The notes under the pieces were generated by a model that was given only the letters and a program-made list of their open reading frames with translations, was not told the DNA's origin and ran no database searches. From an uncultured bacterium (lineage in GTDB: Bacteria; Krumholzibacteriota; Krumholzibacteriia; LZORAL124-64-63), in the NCBI GenBank assembly GCA_963732385.1, contig CAVSZB010000002.1:128001-192000 (forward strand): DNA of 64,000 bases, written 5' to 3'. The position numbers and the translations under genes are program-made. This document shows positions 11,826 to 25,873 of this stretch, one piece after another (the first letter of the stretch is position 1; every line of letters starts with the position of its first letter).

Positions 11826-13055
11826 ATGACGGATACACCAGGCGCGGGCCCGCTGAAGGCCAGGCTGCTGCTCGGCTTCGGCGTGATGCTGTTCGCCATC
11901 GGGCAATCATTGACCTTCGTGATCATCGCACCGCTGGTGCGCCGGGTCGGCTGGGATCCGCAGAGCTTCGGTATCGCGTTGACGCTTGCCAATCTGCCGC
12001 TGGTATTTGGCGCGCCGTTCTGGGGCAAGCGCAGCGACACCATTGGCCGCAAACCGGTGTTCATCACCGGTGTGATCGGTGCGGCCATCGGCACGCTGAC
12101 CGTGGCCCTCATCATGCAGCTCGGCCTGAGCGGCCTGATGACCGGCATGAGCCTGCTGGTCCTGTTCGCCTGCGCCCGTGCCTGCTACGGGCTGGTCGCC
12201 TCGGCGATCTATCCAGCGTCGACGGCCTACATGGTGGACATCACCGACGTGCAGCACCGCGGCCAGGGCATGGCGGTGATCGGTGGTGCCAACGGACTCG
12301 GCTCCGTGCTCGGCCCGGCTCTCGCGGCAGCGCTGGCCTACTTCGGTGAACTCGTGCCGATGTACAGCGCAGCAGCCATCGGCTTCTTCGGCGCAGCGGT
12401 GAGCTACTTCCTGCTGCCGGGAACCACCAGTCACATCAACAGAACCAAGCCAAAGGTTGCGCTGAAGGTATCTGACCCGCGCCTGCGGCCCTTCATCATC
12501 ATCTGGTTCTGTTTTTTCATCACCTTCATGGGACTGCAGCTGATCCTCAGCTTCTACCTGCAGGACGAGTTCGGCATCCACGATGCCAAGCAACTGGTGC
12601 GCACCGCTAGCATCATGCTGGTCAGCATGGCCGCGATGATCGTGGTAGCGCAGATCGGCGTGTTCCAGTTCTTCAAGATACGGCCGCACATCCTGCTGCG
12701 CGTTCTCGGCCCCCTGTTCGTCATTGCGCTGCTGATCATCATGCTGGCGCCGAACACGATGGTCATGGCACTGGGCTTTGCCGTGCTCGGCATGTCCTTT
12801 GCCTGTGCCAATCCCGGCGTCAACGGCAGCGCCAGCCTGCGCGTACAACCCTGGGAACAGGGTGCGGCGGCCGGATTTCTCGGTGCCGGTACGACGCTGG
12901 GTGCGATTCTCGGACCACTGGTCGGTACGCAGATCTACACGCAACTCGGCCACAAGGCACCGATGATCATCGGTGCGGTGGTGATGGGCCTCGTCAGCCT
13001 CTACACGCTGACGATCAAGGCACCTGAACGGCCGAAACCGCCCGGCGCAGCATGA
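11826..13055 (+). CDS. MFS transporter (TetA/DHA1-like)
   Basis: About 12 hydrophobic segments; motif A GKRSDTIGRK. Confidence 0.9.
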   Translation: MTDTPGAGPLKARLLLGFGVMLFAIGQSLTFVIIAPLVRRVGWDPQSFGIALTLANLPLVFGAPFWGKRSDTIGRKPVFITGVIGAAIGTLTVALIMQLGLSGLMTGMSLLVLFACARACYGLVASAIYPASTAYMVDITDVQHRGQGMAVIGGANGLGSVLGPALAAALAYFGELVPMYSAAAIGFFGAAVSYFLLPGTTSHINRTKPKVALKVSDPRLRPFIIIWFCFFITFMGLQLILSFYLQDEFGIHDAKQLVRTASIMLVSMAAMIVVAQIGVFQFFKIRPHILLRVLGPLFVIALLIIMLAPNTMVMALGFAVLGMSFACANPGVNGSASLRVQPWEQGAAAGFLGAGTTLGAILGPLVGTQIYTQLGHKAPMIIGAVVMGLVSLYTLTIKAPERPKPPGAA

Positions 13056-13707
13056 GCACCGCCAGCCAGCCGGACCAGAGCAGCACCATCAGGAGATAGG
13101 TCGGGATGAAGGTCACGGCCATGAGCAGGCCGGTGAAGCCCGACAGATAACCGAACCAGCAGAAGGCCCTGGGCAGGATGCCCGTGCGCAGGCCGCAGTA
13201 GCTCAGTTGCCAGGCAAACCAGCCCAGCCCGACCTGGGCGAGGCAGTTGAAGATGATGCGCACGATGCTCAAGGACAGATAGGCCGCATCCTCGAGCTCC
13301 GGATTCTGCGCCGACAGCAGCTTCACGGCAGCGGCACCGGCCTGATCGGTGATGGCAGTCAACAGAAAACCGACACCAGCGACAAAACCGGCACCCAGCA
13401 GCAGGCGCCCGGCAGCCAGCCTCGAATCGCGGAACAGTTGCCGGGCGGCGAGGCCAAGCACCACACAGGCGAAGCCGCTCAGCAGATGACCGAAGCCCGA
13501 CAAACGCCATGGCAGCGAGCCCAGCGCATTCTTGAGCTTGGCGAGGTCGGCATAATCCACGCGCGGATCCTTGAAGCCGAGAAAGTTCGGCTCGATGTAC
13601 AGCGCATTGATGTTGTGGACGAGAAAGGCCGCGCAGATCACCAGCGCTGCCAGCCCCATCAGGATGTCGGGCCGGTACGGGGACGGCTTGTCACGTTCTG
13701 GCAACAC
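13015..13707 (-). CDS. Hypothetical multi-pass membrane protein
   Basis: 230-aa ORF with about 6 hydrophobic segments; AGGTAGGA before the GTG start. Confidence 0.6.
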   Translation of the reverse strand: MLPERDKPSPYRPDILMGLAALVICAAFLVHNINALYIEPNFLGFKDPRVDYADLAKLKNALGSLPWRLSGFGHLLSGFACVVLGLAARQLFRDSRLAAGRLLLGAGFVAGVGFLLTAITDQAGAAAVKLLSAQNPELEDAAYLSLSIVRIIFNCLAQVGLGWFAWQLSYCGLRTGILPRAFCWFGYLSGFTGLLMAVTFIPTYLLMVLLWSGWLAVLMLRRAVSAVQVP

Positions 13708-13722
13708 GGTGTCCTACCTTGT

Positions 13723-14349
13723 TCAGGTGTAAAGCGCGATCCGGGCGAGGGCTATATCGGCGTGGAATTCACGCATCCAGCCGAGGATGGCAATGCGATT
13801 CACCCGACTGCTGTCAAGCGGCACATCGAGGCCGTTGGGCTTGAAATCGGCCCAGGGTATCCGCAGCTGCTGCCATTCGGGTTTGGAAAAAAACGTGTAT
13901 CGGTATGACTCGTCGTACCAGCCACAATCTGCCGTGCGTACATGCACGTTGTAGTTTTCGTTGTTGCCGTACACCAGCATCTCCAGTCCCTTGTACGCGG
14001 AGCCATCGAGTTCAGCGTCCCGGCTGCCGAAATACATCGCCATCTGTATGAAGCCGCCGTTGCTCTCGCGGGTGACCGTGCCGGTGAGCCGCAGGCAGCT
14101 CCTGCCGTCGACAGTCGACTTGTCGAGGCTGGCGTCTGAAACACCGCCCATCACGCGATCGCTGAATCCGCGCCAACCCGCAGCGGGCAGCACATAGGGC
14201 TCGACGCCGGAAAAGTCACTCAGCAGCAGTTCGCTGTGGCTGTCATTCATCAGTTGATCCTCCTCACCGGCTGCCGTCCGGAAGAATCCCGCCAACGGCA
14301 GAAGTCCAGCCGCCATCAGAAACGCCCGCCTGTCCGGATGCCTGCGCAT
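13723..14349 (-). CDS. CIA30 family protein, possible Tat signal
   Basis: W...SDRVMGGVS, G.V..ESNGGFIQM, EWQQLRIPWADF; DRRAFL leader. Confidence 0.85.
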   Translation of the reverse strand: MRRHPDRRAFLMAAGLLPLAGFFRTAAGEEDQLMNDSHSELLLSDFSGVEPYVLPAAGWRGFSDRVMGGVSDASLDKSTVDGRSCLRLTGTVTRESNGGFIQMAMYFGSRDAELDGSAYKGLEMLVYGNNENYNVHVRTADCGWYDESYRYTFFSKPEWQQLRIPWADFKPNGLDVPLDSSRVNRIAILGWMREFHADIALARIALYT

Positions 14350-14518
14350 ATGCCCGCCCGCTGTCGGATCACGGACAGAGCATACCTCCGATCACGCCCG
14401 CGGCGCGATGCAGACCGGCAGTCGAGAAATGTACTTTCCGGGTTTTGAATCCGGTACTTCGATCCGGGCGAACTTTGGTTCATGCCAGCGGTGGTCGCCT
14501 GGCACCTGAGGAGTACTG

Positions 14519-15061
14519 ATGATGACGTACACAGATCGGATGACTAGCCCGCTGAAGGCCATGGCCCTGGCAGCCCTGCTTGCAATCGGTGGCTACGCCT
14601 CGGTCAGCAATGCAGCACAAGCTGCGGCTGCAGCCCCCGCCGCTCCAGGTGATGTTGTTGCGGTGGCGATTGGCGCCGGCTCTTTCAATACCCTGGTCGC
14701 GGCAATCAAGGCCGCTGACCTCGTCGGTGCTTTGCAGGGCAAAGGTCCCTTCACCGTATTTGCACCCACTGATGCGGCTTTTGCAGCCTTGCCGGCAGGA
14801 ACCCTCGACGATCTTCTGAAACCGGCGAACAAGGAAAAACTGCAGGCCATCCTCCTGTATCACGTGGTTCCCGGCAAGGTCATGTCCGCTGACCTGAAGG
14901 GCACTGTCAGCGCGGCCACTCTGCAGGGCCAGCCGGCAACCATCGTCGCAGCGGCCTCAGGAGTGACCGTGAACGGTGCGCGGGTTGTGACCGCTGACGT
15001 CGCAGCCAGCAATGGCGTCATTCATGTGATCGATGCAGTGATATTGCCCCCGGCCAACTAA
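14519..15061 (+). CDS. Secreted fasciclin (FAS1) domain protein
   Basis: [36 protein letters not shown]; signal peptide; GAGGAG RBS. Confidence 0.95.
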   Translation: MMTYTDRMTSPLKAMALAALLAIGGYASVSNAAQAAAAAPAAPGDVVAVAIGAGSFNTLVAAIKAADLVGALQGKGPFTVFAPTDAAFAALPAGTLDDLLKPANKEKLQAILLYHVVPGKVMSADLKGTVSAATLQGQPATIVAAASGVTVNGARVVTADVAASNGVIHVIDAVILPPAN

Positions 15062-15102
15062 GCGTTTCGAGTCCTCCCTGCCTGTCCCCCCCGCAGGCAG
15101 CG

Positions 15103-15132
15103 CGGCCGGCCCCAAAGGCCGGCCGTTTTTTT
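15103..15132 (+). terminator. Intrinsic terminator after the fasciclin gene
   Basis: CGGCCGGCC-CCAAA-GGCCGGCCG followed by T7. Confidence 0.85.
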
Positions 15133-15255
15133 GAATCCGGCACAGGTATATTGGGCCAGCCGGTTGCACGGATCTCCAGGCCTGCTTGATCTGCGCCTCA
15201 TGACTGCTGCAGCAACCGGCCAGCAGACATCGGGAGATTAGCCATCAAGGCAGCA

Positions 15256-19056
<3,801 letters not shown>

Positions 19057-19748
19057 GCAGCAGCCAGACGCCGGCAGGTGCGGGTACGGCGCTGGCGGTG
19101 ATTGCGGCTTCATCGCTCACATCAACGTCTATGGAAAGGAAATCAGTACCGAAGAAGCCGCCGTAAAAGGTATTGATCGCCAGGCTGATGCTGCCAGGAC
19201 CTAGCAGCCCAGCAGGTTCACCGAGATATCGCCGAGCTTGTTGACCCCGCTCAGACCGGCGAAATTGCCGAAGTGGATCTGGTAATCGTTGTCCGCATTC
19301 TCGGTTCCGTGACCGGTAAACGACGGATCAGCCGTATCGGTGAAATAGCTGCTGGGCGTGAACTCAGCCATCGAGATCGGCCCCTGGAGATCAAGATCGA
19401 TGCCGCCACCGATGGTCGGTTCATTGGTGAAGTCCATCCACAGCTCGAAGGAGACAGTGCTCGGCACTTCCGGATCATAGATGCCGGCCTGACTGTCCGG
19501 TTCCATGTAGACCGCTGCGGCCTCGGCTGCCGACATCGACAGGCCGGCCAGCATGGCGACAGCCAGCAGGCTCTTCAGCTTCTTGTTGTGTGTGCAATTC
19601 ATGGTCGACTCCCCCAGTACATTTCTTTTCGAAGGGCTACGCAGCCCGGTTTAAGTCAATCTTCGTACATCACACGGTACTATGCACACACCATGTGACA
19701 TAAGCTTGAAATCGGCATGAAAGTCTTGTCCGTTACTTCATCACTTCA

Positions 19749-22678
19749 TCAAGGCACCTGACCGGAAGGCCCTGGCGGCTTGCCGAACAGGGCCTTGAAA
19801 CGGGCGAGGTCGGCGAAGTTGACAGGCCCCACACTGTCAAGATTGGCCTCGGCATCGGTACCGCCGAATTTCGAACGAAACTCCGCCAGGTCGGCGTAGT
19901 TTACCCGGCCATCGTTGTTGAAATCGGCGTCACACCAGTTTCCGAATCCGTCAGTGTCCGTATCCTGCTGGCCGGGATTGGCAGCGCCGAGGCAGTTGTC
20001 GATACCGTCCTCGATGCCATCGTGGTCAGCATCCAGCGCGACCATTACAGTCACCAGCGCTGTGTCACTCAGGCTTACGCCATCGATGGTGTACTCGAAG
20101 GTATCGATGCCATGGAAGTCCGCATCAGACGTATAGACAATCGTCTGGGCACCCGGCGTACCGCCGACCACCGCCGCACCGTGCAGAGGATTGGTCTGGA
20201 TACCCAGTGCAGCACCGGAATCGAAGCCCAGATCGTTGGCACGCACATTGATCGCCAGCGGTACACCGCTGAAGGCATTTGCGTTGTCGTCACGTGCACC
20301 CGGCGTTGTATCGGGAACCACGGCAACCGTGACCTGCGCCGTATCGGAACTGTTGCCATCGGTCATGGTATAGACGAAGGAATCAGCACCCAAGTAGCTC
20401 GCATCCGAGCGGTAGGTAATGGTGCGGGTAGCGGCCGGACCGGCACCGCTGATCGCAGTAATCGTTCCATGCTCCGGCAAGTCGGTTACCGTCACTGTCA
20501 CCGGATCGCTGAAACCACGGTCATTTGCACCTACCGGAACAAGCGTGGGCAGGAATTGCATGGCGGACACCGGGCCATCATTGACGGCGTCGGGCGCGCT
20601 GATGTTGATGGTGACTGTGGCGCTGTCGATATTGAGGCCATCGTCGACCGTATAGACAAAGGTATCCACGCCGGTTGCACCAACGTTCGCGGTATATGAA
20701 ATGACCTGGCCAGTGACCGGGCCTGGCGCAGTGGTTACGGTGGCAGTTCCCTTGGCGGGGTTGGTAGTGACCAGAACGCCAACTGGATTACCGAAACCGG
20801 TGTCGTTCATACCGACAGGGATCAGCGTCGCATCAGAACCGAAAACGGTAACAGGGCCATCGTTGACTGCGTCAGGGGGCGGTGGCGCGAGGGATACATC
20901 AAAGGTGAAGATATACCCGGTATCAAAGCCGGTCGCCGTGTCACCTGCACCGGGAACAGATCCTGACCATTGGTGAGGGTGTAACGCTGGAAACCCGGAG
21001 CCGCACCGGCGACTGCCGCAGCCGTCATGGTGCTGTAGCTGTTGACCAGCGTCTGGACAGCACCCAACGAGAAATCGTCACCAGCCAGCGTGACCGTGGC
21101 CGATATGGCGTCGGGAGTGCTCTGGTTATAGGTGCTGTTGTTAGTGAAGTCGGCACCCAGGTTGTAGTTGCCGCAGATGTGCGCACCGACGACGCCACCG
21201 AAGGCACCTTCGGTGCACAGCCAGGTCGCGCCGGTCGCAGCGCCGGGACCGAAAGCGGTGCCGGTCATGGTGTGCGTCATCAGCACGGCGGCGCCCGCCT
21301 TGACGCGGCGCTCGTAGGTGCCGCTGGCCATGGCCAAAGTGCTGGTCGCGGTGTCGAAGGTCCAGGTGGCTGTGTCGTTGGCGGTCACCGCCCAAAGTGC
21401 CGCGCTCGTGGAGTTCTTGCTGAAGCTGCCAACGGTCACCATCGTCGCGGGTACCGGCGACGAGTCTGTAACTGTAAGGTTTACCGCAGCAGTATCCGTC
21501 CTGCTGCCATCACTCATGGTGTAAACAAACGAATCCGGACCTGTATAGCCAGCATTTGCCACATAGCTGATGGTGCGACTTGCAGCAGGACCGGCTGGAC
21601 TGATGGCTGCAATCGTGCCATGCAGCGGTGGGGTCGTGACCGTGATGGTCACCGGATCGATGAAGCCCTGATCATTTGCACCCACAGGAATGACAGTTAC
21701 AACCGATTGCCCTGCAGTTATCGGGCCATCATCATTGGCAGCGACGGTGTTTACGGTCACGCTGATCGTTGCCGTATCGGAATCCGAATCGCTATCCGTT
21801 AGGGTCAGCACACAACTGTCTGTACCCGTATAACTGGCATTCGGCGTATAGACCACCGTGCCCGTGGCATCGCCCGGCGTGACCACGCAGCTGCCGTTGG
21901 CGCCTTGGGTGGTCACCGCCAGCGTGTGCTGGGCGGCAGTACCGTCACCGAGAGTGATGGTCGGAGCGAAAGCCCCAGAGGCGTTATCTTCAAACGTCGT
22001 GATGTAGCCATCAGAGATCACAGGAACGGCATCAAGTGGACCGGTGGCAATATCAAAAGTAAAGATATACCCGGTATCAAATCCAGTTGCCGTGTCACCT
22101 GCACCCGGGAACAGATCCTGACCGTTGTTGAGGGTGTAACGCTGGAAACCCGGAGCCGCACCGGCGACTGCCGCAGCCGTCATGGTGCTGTAGCTGTTGA
22201 CCAGCGTCTGGACAGCACCCAACGAGAAATCGTCACCAGCCAGCGTGACCGTGGCCGATATGGCGTCGGGAGTGCTCTGGTTATAGGTGCTGTTGTTAGT
22301 GAAGTCGGCACCCAGGTTGTAGTTGCCGCAGATGTGCGCACCGACGACGCCACCGAAGGCACCTTCGGTGCACAGCCAGGTCGCGCCCGTCGCAGCGCCG
22401 GGACCGAATGCGGTGCCGGTCATGGTGTGCGTCATCAGCACGGCGGCGCCCGCCTTGACGCGGCGCTCGTAGGTGCCGCTGGCCATGGCCAAAGTGCTGG
22501 TCGCGGTGTCGAAGGTCCAGGTGGCTGTGTTGTTGGCGGTTACAGCCCAGAGTGCGGCGCTCGTGCAGTTCTTGCTGAAGCTGCCAACGGTCACCATCGT
22601 CGCGGGAACCGGTGCCGCATTCGCCACGCCCACACCGGCACTTCCGAGCAGTGCCGCTATCGCCAATACCTTACGCAT
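19749..22678 (-). CDS. Large secreted surface protein: two unknown ~185-aa domains, Ig/cadherin-like repeats, TSP3-like and dockerin-like C-terminus (frameshift ~20950)
   Basis: Signal peptide; AxDD...VxAND...HG...GxDSFVYT repeats; DHDGIEDGIDNC...WCDADFNNDGRVNYADL...VNFADL tail. Confidence 0.8.
20900..22612. repeat. Near-identical ~550-bp intragenic direct repeat (~20900-21458 and ~22055-22612)
   Basis: Long identical stretches in both copies, e.g. AGGGTGTAACGCTGGAAACCCGGAGCCGCACCGGCGACTGCCGCAGCCGTCATGG. Confidence 0.9.
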
Positions 22679-22715
22679 TAACGCTCTCCACGTCAGTCAG
22701 CTACCAAAGTCGCTC

Positions 22716-25376
22716 TCAAGGCACCAGCGCCGAAGGCCCCGGCGGCCGGCCGAACAGCGCCTTGAACCGCGCGAGGTCGGCAAAATTCACCCGGCCGTTG
22801 CTGTCGAGGTCGGTCTCCGGATCGGTCGTGGAGAACCGCGCACGCAGTTCAGCGAGGTCGGCGAAGTTCACCCGGCCATCGTTGTTGAAGTCGGCATCGC
22901 ACCAGTTGCCGTAACCGTCACCGTCGGCATCCTGCTGACCGGAGTTGGCCGCGGCCAGACAGTTGTCGCGGCCATCGTCCACGCTGTCCCGGTCTGCATC
23001 GGCAACGACGCCGATCGTTACCATCGCAGTGCCGAGACGAACGCCGTCATCGATGGCATAACTGAAGGTATCGATGCCGGTAAAGCCCGCGAACGGCGTA
23101 TAGGTGATGGACTGGCTGCCGGACGAACCGCTGACCACCGCGGTGCCGTGCTGCGGATTGGTAAAGATGTTCAGTACCGATCCGTAGTAGCTGAAACCCA
23201 CGTCGTTGGCACGCACATTGATCACAACGGGCTGACCGTCGGCAGTGGTCGCCGTATCGTTTTTTGCGCCGGGCGTGTAGTCCGCGACGATATTGATGGC
23301 AACAGTCGCGGTATCCGTGCTGACCCCGTCACTGATCCGGTAAGTAAAGGAGTCCTGGCCGGTATAACCGGTATTCGCCGTGTAGCTGATGGCCCGGGTG
23401 GCGGTGGGTCCGGGCGGACTGATCGCGGTAATCATCCCGCGCGTCGGCAAGGTCGTGATCGTCACGGTCACGGGGCCGGTAAAGCCCGTGTCATTTGCAC
23501 CGACCGGAATGACAGTGGCAACGCCCTGCGTTGCGGTCACCGGGCCATCGTTCACCGCCTCGGGCGCGGGAACAACAATGCTGACCGTCGCGGTATCCGT
23601 CTGCGTGCCGTCGGTCATGCTGTACACGAAGCTGTCGACACCAAAGTAACCGGCCGTCGCGGTGTAACTGATGGTCTGCGACCCGGCGGTCCCGGACAGG
23701 CTGATGGCGGTAACCGCACCATGCAGCGGCGGACTGGTCACCGTCACGGTCACCGGCCCGATGAAACCGGTGTCGTTGATACCCACCGGGATGACTGCGG
23801 TGGCCGTCGGTTCCACGGTCACCGGACCGTCATCGGCAGCCTCGGCAGGCGGCGGCGCGAGGGGAATATCAAACGCGATGCGGTAGCCGGCATCAAAACC
23901 GGTCACGGCATCGCCCTTGCCGGGCACGAGATCCTGGCCACTGTCCAGCACATAGCGCTGGAAACCGCTCGCTGCACCGGCAACAGCCACTGCCGTCTTG
24001 AAGCCACTGTAGGAATTCACCAGCGTCTGCGGCTCGCCGATCACGAAATCGTCACCACCGCGCGTGACCGTGGCAGCGATGGCGCTCGCGGTATAGATGC
24101 TCTCGTCATAACCGTTGCTGCCGAAATTGTAATTGCCGCAGATATGCGCACCGATGTAGCCACCAAACAGGCCTTCGGTGCAGGACCAGGTGTTCGCCGT
24201 CGCGTAACCGCTGCCGAGCACGGCGCCGGTCATGACATGCGTCATCAACGGGGTGGTGCCCACCCTGGCAAGCCGCGAGTAGGTGCCTCCAGACATCGCC
24301 AGTACGTTGCCCGCGAGGTCGAAGGTCCACATCGATGTATCGGCAGCCGTAACGGTCCACGGGGAAATGGTGGTCGAACGTTCGGCATAGCTCTCCACGC
24401 TCACCAGCGTGGCTGGCACCTGTGTGGACAGCGGCGGAGTGACCACCGAAATGCTGACGGTACCCGTGTCGCTCTGGAAACCATCGTTCATCGTGTACAC
24501 GAAAGAGTCGGGACCGATGTAATCCGAATTCGCCGTATAGCTGATCGTCTGGCTTGCGGCGCTGCCGCTGTTGCTGATCGCCGTAATCGTCCCGTGCAGC
24601 GGGGGCGTCGTCACGCTGACCAGAACCGGATCGATGAATCCGGTGTCATTGGCACCCACGGCGAGCACGGTTTCCACGGCCTGCACAGCCTGGACCGGAC
24701 CATCGTCGTTCGCATTTGCCGGTGGTGGTGCATCGGCGACGTCGAAGGTGAACACGTAACCGGTGTCGAAGCCGGTTGCCGTGTCACCGGCACCGGGGAA
24801 CAGATCCTGGCCGTTGTTGAAGGTGTAACGCTGGAAGCCGGCAGCCGCACCGGCGATCGGTGTGGCGGACGTGAAGTTGCTGTAGGAGTTGACCAGCGTC
24901 TGCGGTGCGCCAAGCACGATATCGTCGCCCAACGAGAGTGACCGTGGCCGAGATGGCGTCAGGGGTGACGCTGTTGTAGGTACTGTTGAGCTCGTAGTCC
25001 TCACCCAGACTTAGGTTACCGCAGATGTGCGCACCGACGACAGCAGGCCGAAAGTCACCTTCGGTGCATGCCAGGTGGTGCCGGTCGCAGTACCGGCACC
25101 GAAGGATGCACCGGTCATGGTGTGCGTCATCAGCGCAGTCGCGCCAACCTTGGCGACCCGCGCATAGGTGCCGCCATCCATGGCCAGCGTGTTGGTGTCG
25201 ACATCGAAGGTCCAGGTCGCCGTGTTGGCTGCGGTGGCCGTCCAGGGCGCGGCGCTCGAGGAGTTCCTGCTGTAGCTGCCGACGCTCACCATCGTCACGG
25301 GTACCGGCGCGGCTTGTGCAATCGAAACCAGGCCGGCACTGCCCAGCAGTGCGGAAATCGCGAATACCTTGCGCAT
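22716..25376 (-). CDS. Tandem paralog of the adjacent surface protein (frameshifts ~24935 and ~25070)
   Basis: Same leader (MRKVFAISALLGSAG), two copies of the unknown domain, Ig-like repeats, and the tail GNWCDADFNNDGRVNFADL...FKALFGRPPGPS. Confidence 0.8.
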
Positions 25377-25530
25377 GGATGTTCCCCCCGGAACTGGATT
25401 TATGGGCCGGGCGAACTTTGCCGCCCTGTAGCAATAGGCTTTATACCGCGACCGGCGTCACAAAAACACGCAGTGGACATAATCCGGGAGAAAAATCATG
25501 GGCTGCGCAGACTTCCAGCTGACCCGCCCC

Positions 25531-25560
25531 CGTTACAAAACGATACAAACAGTTACCCCC
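25531..25560 (+). promoter_or_regulatory. Three 10-bp phased direct repeats, OmpR-family-like binding site
   Basis: CGTTACAAAA / CGATACAAAC / AGTTACCCCC. Confidence 0.45.
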
Positions 25561-25633
25561 CTGAAAGGAATCGCTTGCTGCCGGTGCCTAGAGTACGTCC
25601 CATCGAGAAGCCCACCGGCACGAGGAGACGAAG

Positions 25634-25741
25634 ATGACCAACGAAGAATTCACCACTGGCGGTTACGAGTTTGGCGACCTGCTGCTGTCCGTGACGGCGA
25701 TGCTGGTCACCCTGGTCGCCACCTGGCAGTTCCTGCTCTAA
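25634..25741 (+). CDS. 35-aa single-TM small protein (below ORF-track cutoff)
   Basis: GAGGAG RBS; MTNEEFTTGGYEFGDLLLSVTAMLVTLVATWQFLL*; GC-rich third codon positions like neighbouring genes. Confidence 0.65.
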   Translation: MTNEEFTTGGYEFGDLLLSVTAMLVTLVATWQFLL

Positions 25742-25831
25742 GGCAGCAACGCCACGATCACCCGGGGATCGCCGCGGCTCTTCCCCTTCCTCCGCCCCCC
25801 CTGGAGGTTATGCCCGCGGTCCCCACGTGAC

Positions 25832-25873
25832 GCCCGCCGCTCCACCCCCCTGGAGTCGGCGGGCAATTTTTTT
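25832..25873 (+). terminator. Intrinsic terminator with poly-C loop
   Basis: GCCCGCCG-CTCCA-CCCCCC-TGGAG-T-CGGCGGGC followed by AATTTTTTT. Confidence 0.8.

Noticed and set aside
19749..25376. CRISPR array or diversity-generating retroelement TR/VR pair
   Set aside because: The repeats are long coding-domain duplications with no spacer pattern, no reverse transcriptase or cas gene is present, and differences are not adenine-specific.
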